Part shown: piece after piece, positions 1-10,178 of the stretch
How the letters are laid out: each line of letters opens with the position of its first letter
Position numbering within the stretch: position 1 is the stretch's first letter
IMG/VR virus record: IMGVR_UViG_3300048996_000163
Location: 68,718 to 132,717 of that record
From: a virus
DNA: 64,000 nucleotides
Strand: one strand, 5' to 3'
The notes under the pieces: model-generated
What the model saw: only the letters and a program-made list of their open reading frames with translations
Told to the model about the DNA's origin: nothing
Database searches by the model: none
Translations under genes and position numbers: made by a program

Positions 1-427
1 GCGGCACATGCGCCGGGTACAGGCCAGTCCCGGTCGCCGCCTGCAGTTGGTCATCGACGAACCCGGGCCTGCCCAGCACCACCCAGCAGGCGGCGACAGC
101 GTCATCAGCGCCGACGGCGTCCGGCTGCACGTCCATCACGAACACGCCGAGCTGCGTCGTGATCCACGCGTTCGGGGTGTTCCTCGGGTCGTCGACGTCG
201 ACACGGCCACCGATCAGTTCAGGCTCGGTGGCCGGCGCCACCCCCGTCTCCTCCCGCAGCTCACGCAGCATCGCGTCGATGTCGTCCTCACCCGGCTCGA
301 CCATCCCGCCCGGCAGCGCCCACCCGCCGCCGTCGCCACGCAGGACCAACAGCAGCAGCCCGCCGCACACGACGGCCGCGTCCACGGCCTGGTTCTCGCC
401 CGGCTCCAACACCTTCGGCACCGTCAA
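1..427 (-). CDS. NUDIX hydrolase (ADP-ribose pyrophosphatase-like), runs off the window start
   Basis: Read by hand (not in ORF track): [28 protein letters not shown] is a full Nudix box, followed by [10 protein letters not shown]; TTG start overlaps the upstream stop. Confidence 0.85.
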   Translation of the reverse strand, partial: MTVPKVLEPGENQAVDAAVVCGGLLLLVLRGDGGGWALPGGMVEPGEDDIDAMLRELREETGVAPATEPELIGGRVDVDDPRNTPNAWITTQLGVFVMDVQPDAVGADDAVAACWVVLGRPGFVDDQLQAATGTGLYPAHVP

Positions 428-678
428 CTCCAGTCGATGCTGGAGTCGCGGACCTGGGCGCGGGCCTCATCCTCGGACAGGCCCCGCTCGCGGCAGAAAC
501 CGATCAGCTCGCCCGACCCGAACCCGCTGTTGTGCAGGATCCGGATCGCCCGGCCACGGTCACCGCCACGCCAGTACCCGTCGGCCTCCCCGACCGTCGC
601 CTGCCGGCGGGCGTCACGGGCCTGGGCGTCGCCGGCCGCAGCCTGATCCCGCAGTCCCTGCTCCTCGTTGTAGTCCAT
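424..678 (-). CDS. hypothetical protein
   Basis: [11 protein letters not shown]..., GGAGG SD, coupled to the NUDIX gene. Confidence 0.65.
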   Translation of the reverse strand: MDYNEEQGLRDQAAAGDAQARDARRQATVGEADGYWRGGDRGRAIRILHNSGFGSGELIGFCRERGLSEDEARAQVRDSSIDWS

Positions 679-762
679 AAGTCCTCCCCTGCTATCGGCA
701 CGCGGCACTACGCCGCGGTGCTCGCCTGCTGAAAGTGCTGGTCAGCCGCTACCCTGAGCGGC

Positions 763-957
763 ATGGATGAGCGCCAAACGCTGCAATTCGTGAACGAAAT
801 CCACGAATTCGTGACCCGAGACGCCGACCGGCGCGACAAAGACGCCGAAGACCGGCACAAGGAACTCCTCGCCGCCATCGACGACACCCGCAAGGCGATC
901 GTCAGCGCCATCGAAACCGGGTTCCGGCAACTCGCCGACGTGCTCCGCAGCCGCTGA
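763..957 (+). CDS. small helical hypothetical protein
   Basis: 64-aa ORF with GC3-rich codon usage, convergent with traB. Confidence 0.55.
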   Translation: MDERQTLQFVNEIHEFVTRDADRRDKDAEDRHKELLAAIDDTRKAIVSAIETGFRQLADVLRSR

Positions 958-959
958 CG

Positions 960-3290
960 TCACGCGTTCACCTGCTCGGCCAAGTCCAGCGCAGCGATGA
1001 CGCCGGCCTCGGTGAGGCTGTGTCGTCGGTCTGCTGACACCACGAAGTCCCGGTCGCGGAGCTGCTTCAACGCCCCCCGCACTGTCGCCGTCGAATACGA
1101 CATGCCGGCGTCCGTCAAGGCACCGTCGAGCTCATCCATCGTCAACGCCCGCCGCCCGTCCGTCTCAGCCCTGGCGAGGACCAGTAGCACCGCATCGACG
1201 GACCGTTGCGGCGTGACCGACTCCGCAGACTTCGCCTCCGGCGCCCACGACTCCCCCGCCGCCGCAGCCTTCACCCACTGCGCGTACGCGGGACCGAACG
1301 TGTCGAGGGTGACCTGCGGCAGGACGGCCGGGTAGCCGATCGGCTGGTCGTTGCTGTCACGCACCCAGTCGTAGTAGTCCGGTTCCCACTCGGTGCGTGC
1401 GAGCATCGCCTTCGGCTGCAGCCCACTGAGGATGTACGCCATGCCGGGGATCTGCGGGATGCTGCGCGGGTCGGCAGGGAGCCGCCCGTTGAACGCGGTG
1501 GGGCCGGACAGGCTGTTCGCGGTCCGGCCGACCCATACGAGCCCACCGGTGAGAACATCCCGCAACGCCATGCTGCCACCCAGGTCCGTCAGCAGCGGCG
1601 TGTGCGTGGCGAGTCTCAGCTGCCCGCCGCACTTCCGCCACATGCGACCGGCTTTCGTGACGAGCGTCGCGAACGCTCGGTTCGACAGGTAGTCGTGCGC
1701 CTCGTCGATCGTCAGCGACAGGATCGGGCCGTCGATGAGCGGGTTCCACCACTTGCGGCCCTTCCGCTTCCGGCCGCGCTCGTCGACGTACTCGACGCGG
1801 GCGAGGTAGCGGTTGCGGCGCAACATCTCCTCGGTGAGGCACAGCACGAGCAGGATCGCCTCTTCGAGGGATGTCGCGACGGGCGCGGCGAGGTCGTCGA
1901 GGAACGGCGCGAACGACTGGCCCTGCTGGGGGTCGATGAGGAAGTTCGCGACGAGACCGTGCGCCCTGCCCTGTTCGTCGCGGTAGTGCGCCCACCGGTC
2001 GATCGTGAACAGCGCATTGAGGAACTCCGATTTTCCTGAGCCGGTCGTGCCGAACGCAGCCACGTGGGGGACGCCCCAGCCGGGCCGGTAGATCTCGTAG
2101 AACGCCTGCTCGCCGTCGGCGTACATGGCGATCGGCGCCCGGCCGGTCTTGACGTCGATGGAGTCAGGGCCGGACCAGCGGACCGTGTCCTTGATCGGGC
2201 TGGACCGCTGCGCGAGGATCGTCGACTGGTTCTCGTCGTCCGGGTCGGGCAGGACGGTGATCATCGACTTTTTCATGCTGTACGCCGATGCGATCTTCCC
2301 GACGGCGGCAGCGAACTGGTCCGACTCGTACGCGCCGATCGGGCCGACGACCGTCGCACCCCAGCCACCGACCACCCGATGCCAGTCCTCGAGGTGAGTC
2401 CCGGCGAGCTTCCCGTTCGCGGCGGCCCTGACCGACGTCCCGTCCGGATGAACACCGATCACCTGGTCTTTGCGGACGGCGAGGACGGTCCTCCAGATCC
2501 GCTCGACCTCGACCCGGCCCGGGTCCAGCGCGACAACCTCCTGTGGCTCCTCGACCTCGACCTCGACGTCGATGGCGGGCTGCGGCCGGTGCCGGCGGAC
2601 ACGCTCCGCCCGCCACCACGACGCTGCCGGGACCAGCCACGCCGCGACCAGTGCGGCGAACGCGACCCGGCCGGTCCACGTCGACGGGTCCACGCCCAGG
2701 CCCGCGGCGGCCGCGAGTAGCGTCGCGACCGTCACGCCGGCGTAGCCGTACAGGCGCGCCGACCGGGCGATCGCAGCGCGGCGGCGCTTGTCACCGCCAG
2801 GGTCCGTGTCGTCGATGCGACCCTTTCGCGCCGCCTTCGACGTCAGGTATTTCGCGGCGGCCGTCTTCGCCAGCCATCCGGCGGCGGGCACCGCCAGCGC
2901 CAGCGGCAGGAACGGCACCTCGGCCGCATCGACCGCGACACACACGCCACCGGCAGCGACCAGCGCCCACACAGGCCGCAGCGGGCGCTCCGCCGCGATC
3001 CGAAGGTCACGCCACGGCAGCAGCGGAGGCCGCTTCACGTCCATCGGCACCATGCGTTTCCCGCACCGCTCGCACGCTGGCGGGGTCTTCATCGTGGACC
3101 AGCCCGCCGGGCCGTGCTGACGGCACCGGTACTGGACACCGACGATCGTCCCCGACTGGTCGACAGGCACCTCCGCCGCAGCGCGACGCAGGACACCGGA
3201 CGTGTCGTAGTAGGTGCGGGACTTGCGTTGTGCACCCAGCGGCCCACCTGGCACGGCGGGTCCGCCGGGCGGCGACACCATCGGATGCAT
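960..3290 (-). CDS. traB: FtsK/SpoIIIE-type conjugative DNA translocase (TraB of actinomycete ICEs/plasmids)
   Basis: N-terminal TM helices, Walker A AFGTTGSGKS, LIDPQQG, Walker B LTIDEAH, C-terminal wHTH-like region. Confidence 0.85.
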   Translation of the reverse strand: MHPMVSPPGGPAVPGGPLGAQRKSRTYYDTSGVLRRAAAEVPVDQSGTIVGVQYRCRQHGPAGWSTMKTPPACERCGKRMVPMDVKRPPLLPWRDLRIAAERPLRPVWALVAAGGVCVAVDAAEVPFLPLALAVPAAGWLAKTAAAKYLTSKAARKGRIDDTDPGGDKRRRAAIARSARLYGYAGVTVATLLAAAAGLGVDPSTWTGRVAFAALVAAWLVPAASWWRAERVRRHRPQPAIDVEVEVEEPQEVVALDPGRVEVERIWRTVLAVRKDQVIGVHPDGTSVRAAANGKLAGTHLEDWHRVVGGWGATVVGPIGAYESDQFAAAVGKIASAYSMKKSMITVLPDPDDENQSTILAQRSSPIKDTVRWSGPDSIDVKTGRAPIAMYADGEQAFYEIYRPGWGVPHVAAFGTTGSGKSEFLNALFTIDRWAHYRDEQGRAHGLVANFLIDPQQGQSFAPFLDDLAAPVATSLEEAILLVLCLTEEMLRRNRYLARVEYVDERGRKRKGRKWWNPLIDGPILSLTIDEAHDYLSNRAFATLVTKAGRMWRKCGGQLRLATHTPLLTDLGGSMALRDVLTGGLVWVGRTANSLSGPTAFNGRLPADPRSIPQIPGMAYILSGLQPKAMLARTEWEPDYYDWVRDSNDQPIGYPAVLPQVTLDTFGPAYAQWVKAAAAGESWAPEAKSAESVTPQRSVDAVLLVLARAETDGRRALTMDELDGALTDAGMSYSTATVRGALKQLRDRDFVVSADRRHSLTEAGVIAALDLAEQVNA

Positions 3291-3358
3291 CGGGTTCCCC
3301 TCGGTCGTGGCTGGCTGTCACCGCGCAGGCCGGCACATGTCCGGCCCGACGGAAACGG

Positions 3359-4459
3359 TCAGTTGCCACCGAGACGGGCCGGCTGGCGTCCCGCGGCGGC
3401 GACGGCCGCCTGCTGTTCGGCGACGGCGATGGTGGCGCCGAGTTGCGCGTTGACGCCGCCGTCTGCGGCGAGGAACCGGGAGTCTCCGCCCAGGTCACCG
3501 GCGACGGTTGTCGCGGCGTCGCCGTACTTCGCGACGATCCCGGCAAGCGCCGCCTCCGTCGCCTGCAGCGCCACCTCGGCGGCGTCACGGCGCTCCTTCG
3601 CCATCACTTCCATCGCCTCCAGCTGGTCGAAGTAGGTGTCGACAGCACCGGCCGGCATCGCGTCGGCGACGGTCCCCGTGTTGCCGAGGGTGTCCGCGTC
3701 GAGGTTCAGGACGGCGAGGTGCTCATGCGTGGAGGCGGCAGCGGCGCTGCTGGACCGGTACGAGTCCTGCATGTCACCGATGTGGCCCTTCGCCTCGCCG
3801 AGGGCACGTTCCGCGGCGGTGCATGCGTCGAGGTGCAGCTGCTGCTCCCTGAGGAGCGCCTCGAGTTCGGCGACGGTGGTTTCGTAGTTGACGGCTTCAC
3901 CGGTCGGTGTGGTCATGGTTCCTCCTGCGGTTGGCGCTGGCGTTTCCTGTTTCCTGGCGGGCCGCCACGCGTACCCATCCCATTCCTCGTCTCCGTCGTC
4001 GGTGTTGCGGCGGGTGCCGGGTTCGAGGTCCGCGTACCGGGTCGCGTCGGGGATCTCGTCTGCGGCCGGCTCCGGTTCTGGCCGCGGTTTCCGCTCGACG
4101 GGTTCGACGAGCTTCCGGACGACCGGCGACGCGGCGACCTTCCGGGCTCCGTTGACGACGACGTCCTTCGCTGCGGCGAGCCGGTCCCGGAACCTGACCT
4201 TCTCCCCCGGGTTCGCGGCCTTCGCGTCGCGGGCGGCGATCAGGGCGTCGGCGCGGCGCGGCCAGTAGTCGTTCCACGCGTCCCGCAGAAAGTCCGTGAA
4301 GCCGTACCGGTCGACCTTCGCCGCGGCCGTGGCGCCGTGCTTGCGTTCCATGCGGGGCGACACGATGCCCTGCTTCGCCAGGTTGTTGTCGACGATCGCG
4401 TCGCTGACGGTGCGTTTCACCGCCCAGGTCAGGAGCATCACCGCGAGGAGGATCTCCAC
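3359..4459 (-). CDS. transfer/spread-associated protein (N-terminal anchor, coiled coil)
   Basis: 366-aa ORF directly upstream of traB in the operon. Confidence 0.65.
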   Translation of the reverse strand: MEILLAVMLLTWAVKRTVSDAIVDNNLAKQGIVSPRMERKHGATAAAKVDRYGFTDFLRDAWNDYWPRRADALIAARDAKAANPGEKVRFRDRLAAAKDVVVNGARKVAASPVVRKLVEPVERKPRPEPEPAADEIPDATRYADLEPGTRRNTDDGDEEWDGYAWRPARKQETPAPTAGGTMTTPTGEAVNYETTVAELEALLREQQLHLDACTAAERALGEAKGHIGDMQDSYRSSSAAAASTHEHLAVLNLDADTLGNTGTVADAMPAGAVDTYFDQLEAMEVMAKERRDAAEVALQATEAALAGIVAKYGDAATTVAGDLGGDSRFLAADGGVNAQLGATIAVAEQQAAVAAAGRQPARLGGN

Positions 4460-4465
4460 GGCGGC

Positions 4466-4864
4466 CTACTTCGCCGTCTGCTGCTGCACCTGGTCGCCGG
4501 TCTTCGACACGCCGCCGCCGGCCTGGCTCAGCACGGTCGGCAGTGCCGCAAGGAACGCGACGAAGAAGACGGGGACGAGGAAGAACGCGAACAGGGCGGG
4601 CCGGTCGGCGCCCTTCTTCTTGCCTTTGACGTCGGCGATGATGACGCAGATGCCGACGAAGACGAGTACTCCGGCGATGAGCAGCACCTGCTTGGCGTAG
4701 CCGTTGAGCCACGTTCCGGTGCTTGTGTTGTAGGTCATGAATCCGCCGATGGCGGCCACGATGCAGGCGGTGCGGGTGAGACGGACCTTCTGGTGTACGT
4801 AGTAGGCGCCGGCGAATACGACGAAACCGCCGAGGGTGGACAGGAACGAGCTGATCACGTCCAT
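4466..4864 (-). CDS. multi-pass membrane protein (Spd-like)
   Basis: MDVISSFLSTLGG..., about 4 hydrophobic helices, AGGAGG SD. Confidence 0.7.
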   Translation of the reverse strand: MDVISSFLSTLGGFVVFAGAYYVHQKVRLTRTACIVAAIGGFMTYNTSTGTWLNGYAKQVLLIAGVLVFVGICVIIADVKGKKKGADRPALFAFFLVPVFFVAFLAALPTVLSQAGGGVSKTGDQVQQQTAK

Positions 4865-4874
4865 GGTCGGCCTC

Positions 4875-5321
4875 CTAGCCGATAGTGAGCAGGTAGAGGG
4901 GGACGGCGAGAAGCACGGCGAGCGCGGCTCGCGCCGGATGACGGGCGATCCACAGCAGGACGGTGAGCGTCCCGACGACCGCGAGCGCGACCGCGGGGAT
5001 GAGCAGCCCGACGCTGTGGTTGTAGAGGACCCAGCCGGCGTAGAGGGCGGCGTTGGAGCCGGGGACGGTGTCGCGGTCCGGCATCCGCTCCGCCCACGCG
5101 GTGGAGAACGTCGGCAGCGAGGCGGGCATGAACCAGGCGTCGCGGAGGTCCTGCCACGTCTGCCGGCCCCACCCGGCGAAGGTGTTGACCAACACGGAGC
5201 GTGACCCGTACCCTCGCGCGCGCATGCGCGCATGCGGACGCGCCTTCTCCAGACGCACAGTGGGGGCTGCCGCAACGTCTGCCGCCGCGACACGGCCGCC
5301 GAAAGCGCTACTGATAGTCAC
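4875..5321 (-). CDS. membrane protein (Spd-like)
   Basis: GTG start overlapping upstream stop; C-terminal TM helices. Confidence 0.6.
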   Translation of the reverse strand: MTISSAFGGRVAAADVAAAPTVRLEKARPHARMRARGYGSRSVLVNTFAGWGRQTWQDLRDAWFMPASLPTFSTAWAERMPDRDTVPGSNAALYAGWVLYNHSVGLLIPAVALAVVGTLTVLLWIARHPARAALAVLLAVPLYLLTIG

Positions 5322-5581
5322 CGCTGCTCCTTCCAGTTCTGCTCGACGTCGAAGCGTTCGACCGTCATCGCGATCGCTGTGGCGAGGTCCCGGCGGGCCG
5401 TGTCGGTGATCCGCTTGCTCGCCGCGAGCGCCGCGTTGCAGGCGACCACGACGAGCTGATGGCCGCCTTTGCCGCCGTCGATCACCTTCGTCGCGCGGAC
5501 ACGGACGAACTCGGCCCGGTTCTCCTGACGGCGCACGATCCGCGCCGCTTTGCGCTCCCCTGGAGTCCCCTTGCGCGCCAT
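5318..5581 (-). CDS. hypothetical protein
   Basis: MARKGTPGERK..., coupled overlaps at both ends. Confidence 0.6.
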   Translation of the reverse strand: MARKGTPGERKAARIVRRQENRAEFVRVRATKVIDGGKGGHQLVVVACNAALAASKRITDTARRDLATAIAMTVERFDVEQNWKEQR

Positions 5582-5769
5582 CACGCCCCCTGACCTGCGG
5601 TGACGCGTTCGCACCAGCGGTCCAGGACGGCACGCAGCAGGATGTCGCCGAGCTCGGTGTCGGCCTGGTCGATCGCGTGGTCGCCTTCGCGGAAGCCGCG
5701 ACGGCCCGCACCGATGAGGACGAGCGCGTGGGCGTCGACGAGCTGGGTGAGGTTCCGGAGCGTCTTCAC
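5581..5769 (-). CDS. hypothetical protein
   Basis: 62-aa coupled ORF. Confidence 0.55.
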   Translation of the reverse strand: MKTLRNLTQLVDAHALVLIGAGRRGFREGDHAIDQADTELGDILLRAVLDRWCERVTAGQGA

Positions 5770-6074
5770 GCGGCACCGCCCAGTTGGGCGTGGGCGGCCC
5801 GGTCATGGGCGGACGCGTAGGCGACGGACACGCCCAGGGCGCCCACGCCCAACACGACCCCGGCGACGCCCTCCGGCTGGCGGCCCGCCCAGTCGACGAT
5901 GACCGCGGTGAGCCAGAAGCCCAGCGCGGTCCGGAACGCCCAGTGGGCGGCTTGGGCGTCGTTGGGCGGACTGGGCTGGGCGAGGTGGGCGCCCCTGTCG
6001 CGGAACGTGGGCCGGGTGGGCGTGGGCTTGGTGGGCTGGGCGCCCACAGTGGGCGTGCTGGGCTGGACGGTCAT
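5766..6074 (-). CDS. small two-TM membrane protein
   Basis: Two hydrophobic helices; ATGA overlap. Confidence 0.6.
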   Translation of the reverse strand: MTVQPSTPTVGAQPTKPTPTRPTFRDRGAHLAQPSPPNDAQAAHWAFRTALGFWLTAVIVDWAGRQPEGVAGVVLGVGALGVSVAYASAHDRAAHAQLGGAA

Positions 6075-6682
6075 GACGCCTCCTCGGTGGGCGTGGGCTG
6101 GGCGCCCTGGGCGGCGCGGATCTCGCCCAGTAGGCGGACCAGCTTCCCCGCTGGCTCCTTCGACGCCCAGCCCACGTAGCCGCTGGCCTGCATGTGCTTC
6201 ATCGCCTTGTCCCGCCCGGGCGCTGGCGTGCCCTGCGGGAACTCCTTGTCCAGGTCGACGAGCCGGCGCACCTGCAGCTCCGGCAGTGCCGCAACCTGGG
6301 CGTCCAGATCTGGGCGACCGGCGTGCAGGGTGGGCGGCACGGTGGGCTGGGCGCCCTGGGTGGGCGTCTTGGGCTGGGCTGGGCTGGGCTTGGTGGGCGC
6401 CTTGGGCTGGGCGGGTGCAGCGGTGGGCGTGGGCTGGGCGGCGCCCAGGTGGGCGAGCGCCTCAGTGGGCGTGCCGCTGGGCGTGGGCTGGGCGGCCGGG
6501 GTGGGCGTGTCAGCCTGGGCGTCGCCCACCTCGCCCGCGTTGGGCGTGGGCTGACTGGGAGATCCGGGTGTGGGCGCCTCGATCCGGGCGGGGGCGGGCT
6601 GGGCGCCCTGGGCGGGCGACTCGCCCACCACGGAGTAGACACGGACCGCGCCCACCTGGGCTGACCGGTCGCCCAAATGGGC
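5778..6682. repeat. dense TGGGC/GCCCA pentamer field inside two transfer genes
   Basis: About 65 copies counted by eye in about 900 bp, both orientations. Confidence 0.85.
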
Positions 6683-7552
6683 GGGATCAAGCCGGACGGC
6701 GATCATGTCGGTCAGGCCGTCGTAGTCCGCACGGTCCTTCAAGCGGGCGGCGATCTCGTCGAGGTCGTACACGGCGACCGCGATGTCCGCCGTCATCGGG
6801 TCGACCGCGGCGCGGATCTCCCGGTGCAGCACCTTCGAGATCGCCTTTGTGCGGATCTCGCGACGCTTCTCGGCGCGGGCTGCGGTCAGGGACGTGTAGA
6901 GCCCGAGCCGCTCGTCGGCCTTCGCCAGGTTCTTGGCGCGCAGGGTCAGCCACGGGTGCCGGATCCAGTGCCCGACCACCTCGTAGGCCGGGGTGGTCGG
7001 CGGCAGGTCACCGGTCGCCCGCAGTCGGTCCCGGCGCTGGTTCTCGGTGTGCATGACCCACACGAGGTAGCCGAGCGCGGACATGCCGGCGAAGAACCCG
7101 GCGAGAAGCTTCACGTCGTGGGCCATCCAGTTGAACGCGACCGCCCACGCGGCGATCCCGGCGGACAGCAGGCGCGACGTGAACGCCTTCTCCCCCAACC
7201 TGCGGCGCACGTCGGCGTCGTTGAGGACGACGATGCCGCCGAGCTCGAGCGCGCCGACGGCGGGGATGGCCCAGACCAGTGGGATGCCGAGGGCTTCGAC
7301 AGCACCGGACACCTGCCCGGCGAGGGCGACGCCGAGGACGACGACGTAGAACGCTTTACGGATGTGACCGGACCGGTGAACGGACCGCTGCAGGTCGGCG
7401 TCGAGCTTTTCCTTGACGCCCTGCGGGTCGGTGGGCTTCGACGCAGCCTGCGGCTTGCTCCACGCGGCCAGGTTGATGGGGTGGATCGGCTGGTGTCCGT
7501 TCACGGGGAGGTCCCGGGTCGGCCGGTATACGGGGGTGGCGAGCGCGGTCAT
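6071..7552 (-). CDS. SpdB2/DUF2637-like 4-TM transfer protein with Pro/Thr-rich tail
   Basis: 4 TM helices, then a PTP/QP-rich linker; position in the tra operon. Confidence 0.65.
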   Translation of the reverse strand: MTALATPVYRPTRDLPVNGHQPIHPINLAAWSKPQAASKPTDPQGVKEKLDADLQRSVHRSGHIRKAFYVVVLGVALAGQVSGAVEALGIPLVWAIPAVGALELGGIVVLNDADVRRRLGEKAFTSRLLSAGIAAWAVAFNWMAHDVKLLAGFFAGMSALGYLVWVMHTENQRRDRLRATGDLPPTTPAYEVVGHWIRHPWLTLRAKNLAKADERLGLYTSLTAARAEKRREIRTKAISKVLHREIRAAVDPMTADIAVAVYDLDEIAARLKDRADYDGLTDMIAVRLDPAHLGDRSAQVGAVRVYSVVGESPAQGAQPAPARIEAPTPGSPSQPTPNAGEVGDAQADTPTPAAQPTPSGTPTEALAHLGAAQPTPTAAPAQPKAPTKPSPAQPKTPTQGAQPTVPPTLHAGRPDLDAQVAALPELQVRRLVDLDKEFPQGTPAPGRDKAMKHMQASGYVGWASKEPAGKLVRLLGEIRAAQGAQPTPTEEAS

Positions 7553-7618
7553 CGGTGCCTCCTCTCTGGGTTTAGCCGGCCGCCGCCGACGGGGGGACGA
7601 CGGCGGCCGGGGTCTGGG

Positions 7619-8901
7619 TTACCGGTGTCCGGTGACGATCGGGTCGATGTCTTGCGGGTGCAGCGGCAGGTGCCGGCAGTCCTGGAACCAGCTGCGGTGC
7701 GTCCAGCAGGTGAGCCGGTCGTCGCCGTGGAGTCCCTGGTATTCCTCGGCGAAGTCTTCGGCGGCGAGGGTTTCGAGGAGCAGGCGGTCGGTGGTGGTCA
7801 CGCGTCACCGACGTCGGTGATGTGGATGTCGACGGTGCCGCCGCCGCGGGTGTGCTGGTACGTGAGTTGCCGGGTGGCGCTGGCCAGGTCGAGGCGTCGG
7901 TCGGCGCCGATGAGCCGGACGCTGCGGGTGGTGGTGACACCGTCGCGGGTGAGGTCGTAGGCGACGAGGTACACCTTCACGACGCCTCCACCGGGGTGGA
8001 GACCCGGCCGCCGCCCTGTGACGACGACCGGGGGCTGTGGGCCGCCATGAGCCGGCGGGCGGTGGTGAGCGCGGCGATGACCTCGTCGAGGGCGGCGGCG
8101 TCGAGGTTCGCGCCGATCTGCTCTTCGGCGGTGAGGGCGCGCAGGTTGACGACGGTCCCGTCGGTGGTGTTTTGGAGCATGACGGTGACCATGTCGGCGC
8201 GGCCGGGGGTCTGGACGCCGAGGCAGGCGAGCGCCGCGATGTGGGTGCGGTGCGGGCCGTCGATGGTGCACCAGCTCGGGCAGCGCGCTGCGAACGTGAC
8301 GACCTGGGCGGGGATCTCGGGGAGCCGGGTCCGCAGGAGCGGGGCGGGCCCGCGCTGGCGGGTGCCGAAGTCGACGGTGATGACGTCGGCGTAGGTGACG
8401 CTCATGACGCGCTCCTCGCGGTCCGGCCGGCCCGGGTGAGCTGGACGGTGAGGTGGTCGCGTTGCCCGATGCCGCTGGCGCGGTTGACAGCCCAGTCGGC
8501 GCCGACGACACCGGCGGTGAGGTGGATGACCTGGATCAGGTCCTGGTTCGCGGCGTCGAGAACTGCGGCGGCGCTGGTCGCCGCGAGAGCTTGGGCGAGG
8601 CTGCCGCCGTCGTAGGCGATGCCGAGGAGCTGGGTGAGGGCGACGGTGCTCATGCCGTCACCTCGGCGAGGGCCATCTGGCAGTGGAGCCGCGCGACGGC
8701 GCACGCTTCCTGCTCGGTCGGGTACGAGCCGCAGAGGTCGTCGAGCCGGTAGCTGCGACGCTCGACGACGACGCTGTACGCGCTGTCGAGCCGGACGCAC
8801 TGGACGCGGATCGTGTACTCGCCGGCCGCGAACGGCCGGTACTGGCCCTCGGCGAGGTTCAGCTTCTTCGGAGCTGCGGGGGTGGCGAGCGCGGTGGTCA
8901 T
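7619..8901 (-). CDS. five small coupled hypothetical ORFs (7619-7801, 7798-7980, 7977-8405 with CPSWC..H motif, 8402-8653, 8650-8901)
   Basis: Consecutive ATGA/GTGA overlaps. Confidence 0.6.
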
Positions 8902-9173
8902 GCTGCGGCTCCCTCGGTGGCGGTGGTCTTGGAGTCCAGGAGTTGGCCGATCCGCTGCCGGGAGAGCTGCAACTTCCGGGCGATCCAGATCTGCTTGCGC
9001 TCGCCGTCGCCGCGGAGGGCGGTGATGGCCTCGCGGTACATCTGGGACTGCGCGGAGGTCAGCGGGAGGTTGTTGCGCGTCATCGCCCTGAGGCGGAGCG
9101 CACGCTGCAGCGGGTCGGTGATCGCCTGGATGGCGGTGTCGCTGTCATCGCTGAGCGGTGCGGTCACGGTCAT
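8898..9173 (-). CDS. small HTH regulator heading the transfer operon
   Basis: QIWIARKLQLSRQRIGQLL helix-turn-helix. Confidence 0.65.
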   Translation of the reverse strand: MTVTAPLSDDSDTAIQAITDPLQRALRLRAMTRNNLPLTSAQSQMYREAITALRGDGERKQIWIARKLQLSRQRIGQLLDSKTTATEGAAA

Positions 9174-9225
9174 CTCCTCGGCGGTCGGGCCCTTGCCGTT
9201 CGGCTAGGCCTAGCCAAGATGCTCC

Positions 9226-9278
9226 GTGCAATCGCGTGCAATGTCAAGCGATTGGATCTAATTGCACTACGATTGCAC
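9226..9278. promoter_or_regulatory. divergent promoter with operator inverted repeat
   Basis: GTGCAATCG (9226) / CGATTGCAC (9270), plus extra TGCAAT/ATTGCA half-sites in an AT-richer spacer. Confidence 0.55.
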
Positions 9279-9403
9279 CCAGCCAGGTCACGCATCGCCG
9301 CCCAAATCACCCCCGCCTCCACAGGGAGCGGGGGTGATTGCATACATTGCGTCAAGCTGCGAGCATCGAAAGACCCACAAGCAGCACGCGAGAGGGGCAC
9401 AAG

Positions 9404-9607
9404 ATGCGCAATCTGGACTTCATGTGGAAGGACGGCGACTCCGGCGGCGGAGGCTGCCCGGCGCTGTATGCGACCGAGGGCGGCTACGTCGTCCAGGGCA
9501 TCAAGCTCACCGACGAGGAGCGCAGCCAGTTGCGCCAGCTCGCCGACGACGAGGACGGCGTCTTCGTCCCCGCCAACGTCCTCGACCGGCTCCGGCAGCT
9601 CACCTGA
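9404..9607 (+). CDS. small protein typically upstream of DUF6879
   Basis: KDGDSGGGGCPALYAT...YVVQG motif. Confidence 0.75.
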   Translation: MRNLDFMWKDGDSGGGGCPALYATEGGYVVQGIKLTDEERSQLRQLADDEDGVFVPANVLDRLRQLT

Positions 9608-9609
9608 CC

Positions 9610-10161
9610 ATGTCCACGACCGTCATCGACAACACCGAGTGGGCCGAGCGTCTCCGCAGCTTCAAGCGCAGCGCGTTCCGGTTGGAGCTCCAGCCGCGCT
9701 ACCTGGAGCCCGAGGAGACAGAGACGGTCGCGCGGTTCGTCGACGGCAACCCGCAAGACCCGACCGAAGTCCCGATGCTGCGAACCTGGTTCAACCAGAT
9801 CCGCAGCCTCACCGACCGCGGTCGGACCGTCGAACGGGTTCGCGTCCAAGACGACCCACCGACCGACTACCAGCTATGGGAACGCTTCATCAGCCCATGG
9901 AACATCGCGGCCGGCGAGACCCTGCGATACCTCGACCGACAGCTGGCGCACGAAATTGGCCTCCTGCCAGATGCCGGACCCGGTGACTTCTGGCTCTTCG
10001 ACGACACCACCCTGATGCGGATGCACTTCGACGACGAAGGCCGACGCATCCGCAACGAAATCATCACCGATAAAACACTCGTGGAGCAGGCGATCTCATG
10101 GCGCGACCTGGCGGTCCGCAACGGCGTCCTGGACAACCCACAGGACGCCGTCACCGCCTAA
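9610..10161 (+). CDS. DUF6879 family protein
   Basis: SAFRLELQPRY, RVRVQDDPPTDYQ, NIAAGE, DFWLFDD. Confidence 0.8.
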   Translation: MSTTVIDNTEWAERLRSFKRSAFRLELQPRYLEPEETETVARFVDGNPQDPTEVPMLRTWFNQIRSLTDRGRTVERVRVQDDPPTDYQLWERFISPWNIAAGETLRYLDRQLAHEIGLLPDAGPGDFWLFDDTTLMRMHFDDEGRRIRNEIITDKTLVEQAISWRDLAVRNGVLDNPQDAVTA

Positions 10162-10178
10162 CACGAGGAGCAGAAACC

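Noticed and set aside
2543-4885. 780-aa + strand ORF (also 17406-19322, 56940-58313 and similar)
   Set aside because: Shadow ORFs antisense to well-supported genes; Arg/Pro/Gly-rich GC artefacts
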